From Spirogloea muscicola (taxonomy: Eukaryota), in the NCBI GenBank assembly GCA_009602725.1, contig WELB01000030.1, forward strand, positions 200,304 to 264,303: a stretch of 64,000 nt of DNA, read 5' to 3'. Below the pieces are notes generated by a model. That model was not told the origin of the DNA. It did not search any database and saw only the letters and a list, made by a program, of their open reading frames with translations. The translations under genes and the position numbers were made by a program. This document shows, in pieces, positions 50,021 through 60,580 of this stretch (position 1 is the stretch's first letter; each line of letters opens with the position of its first letter).

Positions 50021-50924
50021 GGTGCTAACGTCACAATGTCACCGTGGCCACCTTAGCCTAGGTCTTCGTTTCCTGTAGCCTTGTCTCTTGCACTAGTTCT
50101 TGCCCGAATCATGTTTTGGCATCAATTGGCCAGCGATGCATTTCATGCGCACCGCGTGCTTTCTCCTTCGCACCTTGTCAAGCCCTTTCTGGGCTGGCTT
50201 TTCACAGCCCCGGGCCCCTTTCTGACCCCCTCGAACCTTATAAAGTCGTTTTCTGGGCTGGCCACTCACAGCCATCGCCCTCTACTGCCCTCTTTGTTCT
50301 TCTTTGGAAGAGCTCACTTCTTTCCCCTCGCTTTGGCTGCTAGCCTTTCTAACTTGCGGCTACTAGTAGAGGTAAGTAAGTAATCATCCTACATGGTCCT
50401 TGCTACTTCTGGTTCTCGTGGGGATGCCTCTTTTCCAGCTGCAAGTTACTTCAACTTGCGGCTGCTGTCTCGGGGTTACGAAGCTCCTCTTCGCTGTAGT
50501 CTCTTGCATAGCTTTGTGTTTTTGGCGCCCCTCGCTCCAGCTGGCTGCTGCTTCTGCGCTGCGCTCGTCCGCGAACGGGGGTTAACGGCCCTGCAGACTT
50601 GCCCCTCCGAGAGCGTGGCATGGTCCCTGCACGGTATCACCAACAACCTCCAGCTCCAGCGAGGCTGCCAGACAATGGGCTGGCTATTGTCGAGGTCACC
50701 TTGGCACACCGGCTCACTTGCTGGAGGGCTGGCTTTGCCAGCCCCTCTTCTCTATGGGCGAGCCCTTCCTTCTTGCTGGAGGATCTGGGTAAACTGCTGC
50801 AGAAATACCTTCCTCCCCCTTACCTCCCTTCTTGTCATTAGGCTAGCAGCTGGCACTGACAGCTTTCACCCGCTTCATCGGCCAACGGGCGGGCCATTCT
50901 GCAACAGAGTGGGAATGGAGTGTA

Positions 50925-51268
50925 CAGTCAAACCTGTCTAAGCTTATGCGGTCGGTTGGGGAGGTTTGTATAACGATACACCGGATTTAACGGTACACAA
51001 TTCGCACGGTCCGTCGCACGGCCGTCGCACTGTCGCACGCTGTCGCACGGTCCGCCGCACGGTCCGTCTGCACGGTCCGTCCATTAAGAATGCGTGTTAC
51101 TAAGAAGTATCCATAGGTATAAGCTTATATTTCTAAGCAAAAGATATAAAGTATGGAAATATAGAGAATCATAAGCTTACGCCACTCAACCGACTCGGTT
51201 TGCAAGAATTTGATTACGTCATACAGGATATAAGCTAATGGAGGATAAGCTTAGACAGGTATGACTGG
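50925..51268. mobile_element. pogo/Tc1-mariner-like MITE
   Basis: TIRs CAGTCAAACCTGTCTAAGCTTAT and ATAAGCTTAGACAGGTATGACTG, with TA at 50923-24 and 51269-70. Internal (cgcacggtccgt) repeats. Absent from the paralogous site near 54350-54390. Confidence 0.85.
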
Positions 51269-52082
51269 TACATGGAGGGCGAGCCGTACAAGGAGTACGA
51301 AAATCTCCTGCTGCAGACTCTCGCCTCCCTATCACAACACCCATCTTTTCCCTCATTTCAATACTCCCTGCAGGCTTCCCTTTCCACGCCCATAATTGGC
51401 TTTAGCGGTCGTTGAAATTCATGGCGCAGGCATACTTACTGCGCTGCTGGCACCAGGTAGCCTCCCTGCTTCCCAGGCGCTCAGCCACCATTTCCTTGAG
51501 AACAGCGTGCTCTCAGCCTCAGCCTGCTTGGTGGGCCACCGGGCTGCTCCTCTTCGAACTCGACAACTCTCATGGGCATGTCCCTGGAGCAGCCACTTCA
51601 CCATGTTGTCTTACCTGTGGCTCTTCACTCACAACCATCAAATCTTGAATCTGAGCTGCCATCTACACATTCTTGTAACTCAGGGGCACGTGTGATTGGT
51701 GTCAGTGGCTAGTCAACCACTCTTTTCACTGGAAGGCAGCAGCAGCTGAGGAGCCAACTGTTTAGTCCGGTGACGGCATCCCAACATCAGCAAGAAAGTG
51801 TTTTGACGGAAGCTTATTCATAATATCTTTTGGTGAAAGTCAGCCATTGGGTTGTCTTAATAACAAAGCAAAGCCTGAAGCTTTTGCTCTACTCGTTGTG
51901 GTTTTGGCCCATGTGCTCTGTCTACGTACAGGCCCATCAAGTTGAGATAAGCATACTTGATTCTCCTTATGCGATTAGCGCTGGTCCCTGCTGCGTCCTC
52001 AATCTCTAGGAAATGAATGAGTATTCAAAAGCGCAACATCATGCTCCTGGAGCACTTCCATGTCTGGAAGCTGCCGAACCTC

Positions 52083-53743
52083 TTAGCCTGATGCAGTCAG
52101 CAGCTGCTGGAGGTCCTGTTCACTACGCGAGTTAATGACCTGACTGCTTGCCTGATTTGCTCCAGCAGATATGCCCGCCAGCACCTGGCCGATGCCACGG
52201 CCAAAGTCGGTATTACGCTCTACGACGATCATGATCCGAAATTCGTTAACACGCACTGCCTTCTCCTTCATCTCCTCCCTCGCGACAATGCTCAAGCCCC
52301 TGCAAGAAACACATTTGCAAGTGTACGCCTCACTACAGTCATCCTGTATCGACTGTCAAATCATAGAAGCAAAGCTGCACAATCTGCTCCAGGGTTAACT
52401 TATTGATCAAGGCCACTCATGCTTCGAAGCCTATACCACAGGGCGGCAGCGCCAATAGTTGTGAACCCGGCTCCAGGCATATAGGCCCCACCGAGGCCGC
52501 CGGTGATGATTGTGTACGTGGAGCCAGCCTGGTTCTCAAGCTTTGGCAGGAAGGCATTTGCTACCACATAGTGTGATATGCAGAGATCTGCGATGGCCTT
52601 TGCCAGATAGCTAGACGGCTTGTCTCCAATAACTGGTGTATTGTAGTACCCGCTGCCCAAGCTCGTCACCAACTGCAACATGGGCAAGACTGAGATGGAA
52701 TCATGTCGTGCTTATGTCTGGACATTGGAGGCTCTTGGAAGCAACAGGGCAAGCCGTGGGTAAGCTTGTTCAAGGCTTGCACAATGAAGCTGGACATATA
52801 AGACAGAGAAGTCGAGGTGTCTGTCTCCAGCAATACATTCTCGCTGGGTATCCAATTCAGTCTCAGGTACGGTCCAGTCATAGAAGTTGCCCAAGCCGGC
52901 CAGATGTGCAGATCGCAATTGAGGCATAGTCGTCAGTGTCTCTTTGCACAGACATGATTGTGGTCCTCACATGATTTAGCTGCCCTCCAAGCTTCTCCTC
53001 AATGTACTGTGAAGAAGCAGCACAAATGCTCAGTCACCCGCGAGCATTCTAATCTGCCAGACAACAACTTGCAGGACACAGCTTCAGAGCAGCTACAGTG
53101 GGAGGGTCCGACAGAGCTGCAATTGAGGGGTCCGACCTTTGCAACGACTTGAGCTCCATCCTCCGTGCCGACGTCATCATTGACGAGGTAGAGGTCCTGG
53201 GTGCCGCCGCACTCAATACTGAGGGTGTTGAGCGCGTCAACGCTTCTGGAGGGGACGACGACCCTGCAGCCCATGAAGCACCAGAATGATGAAGCTGGAA
53301 AACTGAGTACCCAAGCGTGCGAGTGCAACAAGGCACAGAATATTGCTGGGAGATCTGCGAAATAAAGGGTCTCACTTGGCGCCAGCTTTGAGGAAGCCAT
53401 GCACAATGCCTGATCCCACTGTGCCTGCGCCGCCGGCTACGAGAACGACCTGTACATATCCAACTTCCATCCAAGGTGAGCTTGGCTGGCGCATTTTGGC
53501 AGCGGGCTCAACCCATTGACGCTTTGTTGAAGCCTCTCCTCTAGACACCAGAAGACGTTGACTGTGGGACTTCCCAGCTGGCATTCGGGCAGCGGCAGCT
53601 CAGCTAGGCGTCAGGTGGCGAGCAAAGCCAGGTCGCAGGACGACCGATCGTGCCCACGAGTGGCAGGTATAGTGGGGGCCCGAGCGTCGAGGAGGGGCCA
53701 GGTGGGCTCTCGCCTGGCCTTGCAGCCGCTTGGCTCCAGCCAT
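52083..53743 (-). CDS. Atypical SDR, paralog 3
   Basis: MAGAKRLQGQ|(GC donor)VVLVAGGAGTVGSGIVHGFLKAGAK. Same exon layout as paralog 2; ends LLTASG*. Confidence 0.88.
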
Positions 53744-55794
53744 GGGAAGGCGGCGAGCAGTCAGTCACAAGCCGGTGGGCTCGAAGCGGCAGTGAAGCCG
53801 CACTGGGAGACGCCCAGTGTGAGACTGACGGGCCTGGTGTCCGGGCCGGCACCGCGTCAGCTGACGGAGGGGGGGGGGGCGGGTCGTCGTCACCGCCGGG
53901 CCCCGCTGACGCCAGCGGCCTGGGTCCCGCACGTGTCCCGGCCGGGGGTGGGGGCCTCGGGTCCAATGTGTGCGCGGCGCGTGGAGACCGAGCTCGGGCA
54001 CGGGCGGCGGGCGGAGAAGGCCGGCTCGCAGCCTGGCGGCGCCCCGTCATTGTGAACGACAGCCCGACGGGAGCTAGCCGTTTGCTCGCCGCCCGGCCAG
54101 CAGCCTGTGCCGCCCCTCCTGCCACTGCTGCTGCATCCCACTCCTCTACCAGCTCCAGAAGCGGTCGCAGGACGGGTCGTTGAGGAAGCGCGGCCAGATT
54201 GACTGGTCGGTAAGGGAGCCACCTTGGCACAATGCTTCATTTCATGTAGCCCAATATTTGCACCAATTTGCACCAGTTTTTGCCTGAACAATGCCTCGGC
54301 TTGAATCTGGCCACCGTCTCATTCTACTTCAGCGGCCAACGGGCGGGGTGATCTGCAACACACAATTGCCCCAATCGAAACGCAGGGCGAGCTGCACAAG
54401 GAGTACGAAAGGTCCCTCCTGCAGACTCTCGCCTTCCTGTCACAACGCCCACCTCACTTTCATCCTCCCTGCAGCATCCCTTTTCACGCCCATGGCCGGC
54501 CTTGGCAGACGTTGAATTCATGGCGCAGGCATCTTTACTGGGCTGCTGGCACCATGTAGCCTCCCTGCTTCCCAGGCGCTCAGCCACCATTTTCTTGAGA
54601 AGAGCGTGCTCTCAGCCTCAGCCCTACTTGGTGGGCCACCGGGCTGTTCCTCTCCTACACCTGGCTGGGTGTTACAGCCGCTTTTCGAAGCAGCAGCCGC
54701 GTGCATTCCCTCTTCACATTGTCGCTCGTCTGGACAAGCTCCTGCTTTCAGAAAAGCGCGGCCGAATTGACTGGTGGCTGGGAGAAGCCAGCCCAAAAGG
54801 AATGGACAAGGTCAAGAAGAGCCGAATGGCGCAGAAAGCAGGGGACTAAGTGCTGAGATGACAAGGAGGCTCTCAGTAACCTCTAGTCCTGCTTGTCATC
54901 CAGGGCAACCGCGCCTGCCTGGTATGCTTTGCATGGTGCCCCGGTTGGCCAGTCGCCAGCCGTTGCTTCCTAGCAGAGCTACCGGAGCTGCTCGCTTTGC
55001 TGAAACGAGGCCTCCAGTCTCCTGCTGGTGAATTCGTCCGAACTCGACACCTCTCATGGGCTGGCAAGTTCCTGGAGCAGCCACCTCTCCATGTTGTCAC
55101 ACCTGTGGCTCTTGACTCAAAGCCAACTGATCTTGAACATGAGCTGCTTCGCAGGCTACTCGTCAGGTCTTGGAAGGCTCGCCCTTCTGCTGCCACACGA
55201 CTGTCACTATGCTGGCTCAGACTACCGCTTTTCCTGCAGCCGCTCAACTCTGCTACATTGCCGTCAGCTTGTATTCTGCCCCTTTCTTTACCGCTGTCCA
55301 GCTGCGGGCAGTTGTTTACCCGCACTGATGCAAGGAGCTAAGCTGAATAAACAAACTTGGGGTTCTGCCCTTCTCCGGCAAAGGGAGCCGCCCTCTCATC
55401 ACCCAAGCTTTGGAAAGCAACCAATGTTATCCCCCCTTTCCCTCCCACTTGATGGCCGTAAAATCTTCCAGGCTAGTCATGTCTTCACAAGCGTCAATGC
55501 CACCCTGGATTGCCAATACCTGCAATCAATTGACAGGCCATGTTGCATGAGGGCGGCCTAGCTTCCGCTCCATGCAGCACCTGATGCACCTAAAGCAGAT
55601 GATGCCAAACGAATGACCTGACCAGACTGTCTTTGTTGACCTGCACAGGACCGAAGGGTGATGTTGGTGTCTCTTTCTCATTGACGCCCTCTTGTAGTCA
55701 CTATCATGGACTTATTAAGGCACATATAGGCTAAGACCAAGTGTAGACCTGTACAAAGCCACCAATATCCCCGCTTGGGCTGGCACCCATTGAG

Positions 55795-56261
55795 TGTTGA
55801 ATATAGTAATATGGTGAATCAGTGGGAGTGTTGAATATTGTAATATGTTGAATCGGCGGGTCGGGGTGGGTGACCATCCCGCCCGTCTATTGGGCCCTGA
55901 GAGTCTCCCCTGGATAAGGGAAGCCTCGGGCACCCGTCGGACTCACTCTCCACATCTGAGGCCACGCGGTGCGCCCGTGCGCCCTAGCCAGGCTGCCACC
56001 CACCTTGGGTGAGGGCGCAGCCTGTGCTGTCTGACTGTCTGTCTGAGTTCTCAATCTGTCTGCCATCATGAGCACATCTGCATCTGAGCCGCTGCGACGA
56101 GGTCGCTCTGCTAGCCCGCCGCCTCAACGAGGGCCGCCGCCTCAACGAGGACGTTCAATGGAGGAGCACGACTGGAGAGACGCATATGCTGAGCACGCTG
56201 TGTACAACACAGGTCAGGTACAAGAGCAGATGCAAGAGCGCGCAGCGCAAGACGGTTTTCA
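55795..56261. mobile_element. Putative solo LTR (467 bp), TG...CA with 5-bp TSD TTGAG
   Basis: cacccaTTGAG|TGTTGAA...GGTTTTCA|TTGAGaacatc. The paralogous site at ~46425-46445 reads cacccgTTGAGaacatc, with a single copy of the TSD. Confidence 0.8.
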
Positions 56262-56496
56262 TTGAGAACATCATTTGACAATTCATATTGCGAGACCCTT
56301 ATGGGCTATAGTCCTCTAGCGAGTGTTATTTCGACATTCTTTTGAACCCCCTTTCAACTCAAACAAAGGAAACCAGAGAAAGCTGGCAGTCCAAGTCCAG
56401 GGCTGTGTTAAGGGTTTTGTTCCTGAGTCTAGCACGAAGGCCTCAACCTGATTTCGTATTCGGACCAGCGCCAGATCTTGCAGCTTGCTACTAGCC

Positions 56497-56944
56497 GCGG
56501 CCCTGGCGATAGATGTTCACGGGGCCTTCGGCAGCCGCTGGCTGGATCTCCTCCAGCGGCTTGCTCGTCAGGCTATTGATCGGCGGTCGGGTCCGCCCGG
56601 GGCGCTGCCCGGCTTCAACGCCGCCGCGTCGCTCGCCCAGGTCTTTCGCATGCGCTTGGCGGTATCGTTCCAGCGATCCCTTGCCCACGCTGTCCACACG
56701 CGCGCAGGACGCGCTCTGGCCGCCGCCTCCGGGTCTCGGCGGAGTGCCTCCTTCCCTGCCTCGAGCTACTGGGACCTGATGTTGCTCACTCGCGGGTACT
56801 GAGCTTCCCTAGTATGTTGTCGTGATTGGTAGGGTAGAGGAGTCCTTCCTCGGCATCTCATTCTTCGGCTTTGGGCATTGTCCATTCATTTTGGGCTGGC
56901 TTTGCCAGCCCCTCTTTCTCTATGGGCGAGCCTTCTTCCCTTTT
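56497..56944 (+). mobile_element. 5'-truncated CRE-like copy, TSD CTACTAGCC
   Basis: ALAIDVHGAFGSRWLDLL..FRMRLAVSFQRS..AGRALAAASG..DLMLLTRGY*. 3' hairpin gggctggctttgccagccc. TSD at 56488-56496 and 56945-56953; empty site at ~46645-46660. Confidence 0.92.
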
Positions 56945-57434
56945 CTACTAGCCATGCATTATTTAGTCCTTAAGCCAATTGTAAGGGAAGCACGGCCAAG
57001 CAGGTCATGTTTGCAGCACTTCTTGCAAAGCACGGGCATGTGGAATTGGTGTCAGTGTCATGCAACCAGTCCTTTCACCGGAATGCTGCAGCAGCTGAGG
57101 AGCGAAGTGTTTAGTCCGATAACGACATCCCAACATCAGCAAGTAAGTGCTTGGACGGAAGCATTCATCATTTCTTTCGTGGGTAGTCAGCTATTGCTTT
57201 GTCTTGAAGATTAAGCAAGCCTGAAGCTTGTATTCTATGTTGTAAGTTTTGCCCACGTACCCTCTGTCTACACATAGACCCATCAAGTTTGAAAAGTAAA
57301 TAGTTACGATTCTCCTCTATGCAACTATTGTTGGTCCCGGCTGCGTCTTTAATTCCAAGAGATTGTGAAACAATATACAAGAATGCAACAGCATGCTCCT
57401 GAAGCACTTCCCTGTCAGAAAGCTGCAGAACCTC

Positions 57435-59123
57435 TTAGCCTGATATAGCCAGCAGCTGCTGGAGGTCCTGGTCACTACCCAAGGAAATGACCTGACTGCT
57501 TGCCTGATTCGCTCCAGCAGATATGCCCGCCAGAACCTGGCCGATGCCACGGCCAAATTCGGTGTTACGCTCCACGGGAATCTCGATCCGAAATTCATTG
57601 ACACGAACTGCCTTCTCTTTCATCTCCTCCCTCACGACAATGCTCAAGCCCCTGCAAGCAACACACTTGCAAGTGTACACCTCACTACAGTCATCCTGTA
57701 TCAACTGTCAAATCATTAACAAGACGCACAATGCAGTCAGACACTTCAGTCACATAAAGGCACAGCTGCCAAACCTGCTTCAGAAATTTGATTGTGCTCA
57801 ATGCCAGTCAAGGCTTAAACAGCATACCACAGGGCGGCGGCGCCAATAGTTGTGAACCCGGCTCCAGGCATATAGGCCCCACCAAGGCCGCCGGTGATCA
57901 TTGTGAACGTGGAGCCAGCCTGGTTCTCAAGCTTTGGCAGGAAGGCATTTGCTACCACATAGTGTGTTATGCAGAGATCTGTGATGGCCTTTGCCAGATA
58001 GCTAGACGGCTTGTCTCCAATAACTGGCATATTCCAGTACCCGCTACCCAAGCTCGTCACCAACTGCAACATTGGCAAGACTGAGATAGAATCATGGCGT
58101 GCTTATGTCTGGACATTGAAGGCTTTAGGAAGTAACAAGGCAAGCCATAGGTAAGCGTGTTAAAGGCTTGCACAATGAAGCTGGACATATAAGACAGAGA
58201 AGCCGAGGTGTCTGTCTCCAGCAATACATTCTCCCTGAGTCTCCAACTCAGTCTCAGTTATGGCCCAGTCACAGAAGTTGCTCAAGCCAGCCAGATGTGC
58301 AGATAGCAATTGAGGCACAGTTATTAGTGTCTGTTTGCACAAACATGTTTGTTGTCCTCACATGATTTAGCTGCCCTCCAAGCTTCTCCTCAATGTACTG
58401 TGGAGAAGCAGCACAACGCTCAGTCAGCCGCGAGCATTCTAATCTGCCAGCCAACAACTCGCAGGAAACAGCTACAATCAGCTACAGTTGAGAAATCCGA
58501 CAGAGCTACACTTTTGGGGTCCGACCTTTGCAACGACTTGAGCTCCATCCTCCGTGCCGACATCAGCATTCACGAGGTAGAGGTCCTGGGCGCCGCCGCA
58601 CTCAGTACTGAGGTTGTTGAGCGCGTCGACGCTTCTGGAAGGGACGACGACCCTGCAGCACATGAAGCGCCGGAATTGTAAAGCTGGAATATAAGTTAGC
58701 CAAGCGAGCGAGTGCCTCTAAGGCACAGAATGTTGCTGGAGGATCTGCAAACCAAAGGATCCATTGCACTCACTTGGCGCCAGCTTTGAGGAAGCCATGC
58801 ACAATGCCAGAGCCCACGGTGCCTGCGCCGCCGGCTATGAGCGCGACCTGTACATATCCAAGTCATCATTCAAGGCGAACTTGGCTGGAGCACCGTGGCA
58901 GCGGGCTCAACATGGGTAGAAGCTTCTCTGCTAGCTTCCAGAACGTTTCTGGACAATGGGGCTTCCTAGCTGGCGGCAGCTCAGCTAGGCGTCAAGTGGC
59001 GAGCAAAGCCAGGTCGAGAGACGAGCGCCTGAGCCCACTAGTAGCTCGTTCAGCGGGGGGGCCAAAGGTTGACAAGGGCCCAGGTGGGCTCGCCTGGCCT
59101 TGCAGCCGCTGGACCCCAGCCAT
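57435..59123 (-). CDS. Atypical SDR, paralog 4
   Basis: MAGVQRLQGQ|(GC donor)VALIAGGAGTVGSGIVHGFLKAGAK; LVTSLGSGYWN; ends LLAISG*. Confidence 0.88.
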
Positions 59124-60580
59124 GGGAAGGCGGCGAGCCGTCACGAGCCAATGGGTTCAGAGAGGCAGCGCAGCCGCAGAGGCCTGGCGGCGGCGGCAAT
59201 GGCGACGGCGGCGGCGGCAGCGGAGCTAGTTGCCTGGGGGGGGGGAGGAGTGTCAGCTGACGCGGGCTGCACCCACGTCAGCTGACTCGGGGGGGGTGCG
59301 AGCCCGGGGCGGGTGGTCGTCACAGCAGGGCCCCGGTGACGCCAGCGGCCCTGGCCCCGCACGTGCTGCCGGCCGGGCTGCCCAGTTTGAACCAATCTGG
59401 AGACGCCGTGTGGCAGCCGGGGCCTGCCACTTGCGGGCGGGCCGGGGAAGGCTCCGGCCCGGCGCCCGCCCCCCGTCATTCTGCCCAAACGGCAGCCCCA
59501 TTGGGGCTCGCCGTTTGGTTCGCCGCCCGGCCAGCTGCCGCTGCGGCCGTTCCTTACCCTGCCGGTTATTCGTTCATCCTATTTCCTGGGCTGGCCCCGC
59601 TCTCACCCACCGCCCTCCACTGGAAAGCATCTTCTCCTCTATCAGCTTGCCTTGCTTCTCTCACAGCCATCATCTTGCAATGGCATAGCTGTTTTCTCCG
59701 TACCCCGCCCTGGTGCTTGGCAAGCTCCAGGGAGAGGTGGCTACGTCTCACTTTTTAACACGGTGACACAGTTCAAAAGGTATGCGCGCCATGCACCTTC
59801 TCTCCGGCTGCAAGCTACTCCGACTTTGCGCTGCTAACTTGGGGTTGTCGAGCGCCCATTCATAGTAGCTTGCATAGCTGTGTTTAAGCGCGTTCCCCAG
59901 TCCGACCGTGTGGCACTTTATTTCTCCATTGCGGGCTGGCCTCCAACAGCCATCGCCTCTATACTGGCAGATCTTCCCACAGACTATCCCGCTCGCAGCT
60001 TCTGCCACCCCGAGAATTGGGAAGTGCCCTTTTTCAACATGTCGAAGCGTCCACCACAAACCTTGAAGCAGGCACAAATTGATGCTCGTCTGCGGGAGCC
60101 GGTCTTTTCATGGGGCGCCGCACAGCACCAGGCTCGATGATATCCCCGCACCACAGTGATCCTACTTGCACACTTACAATTTGCGCCCTCTGCACACCTT
60201 GGCCGTGGGTCTTCTGCACCAAGGTCCACAGCATGTGATAAGAGCATAATGGAGCCATGCTTCTTGAGCTGTGAGTATGTGTACAACATCTGTCTTATTG
60301 ATCTTAAACTAGCCCTGATGCATTAGCGACCTTACACGAATGAGCACGAATGAATGCACAGTAGTACATGATGTCTTGCACAAATGCATGCTCATTGAGG
60401 GATCTAAGCTTAGGCACCTTGGTCTCTCCTGCAGTTGGTCTTGACAACTGTCATCATCGATGTTGTGTGGAATGACAAGCACACCTGGCCTGCGGCCTAC
60501 TACTTATCATGGTCTTGTGCCTATCAGATTGTGAAAGCTCAGCCTCCTCATTTATTGGCTGCCCTGTAGAAATAGAGCTC

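Noticed and set aside
51003..51080. CRISPR-like array
   Set aside because: These are short degenerate tandem units without unique spacers, inside a MITE in a eukaryotic genome with no cas genes.
59880..60140. 86-aa ORF between SDR4 and the HIBCH-like gene
   Set aside because: It has no recognisable motif or splice context. It could be a TE relic, but I cannot support that without a search.
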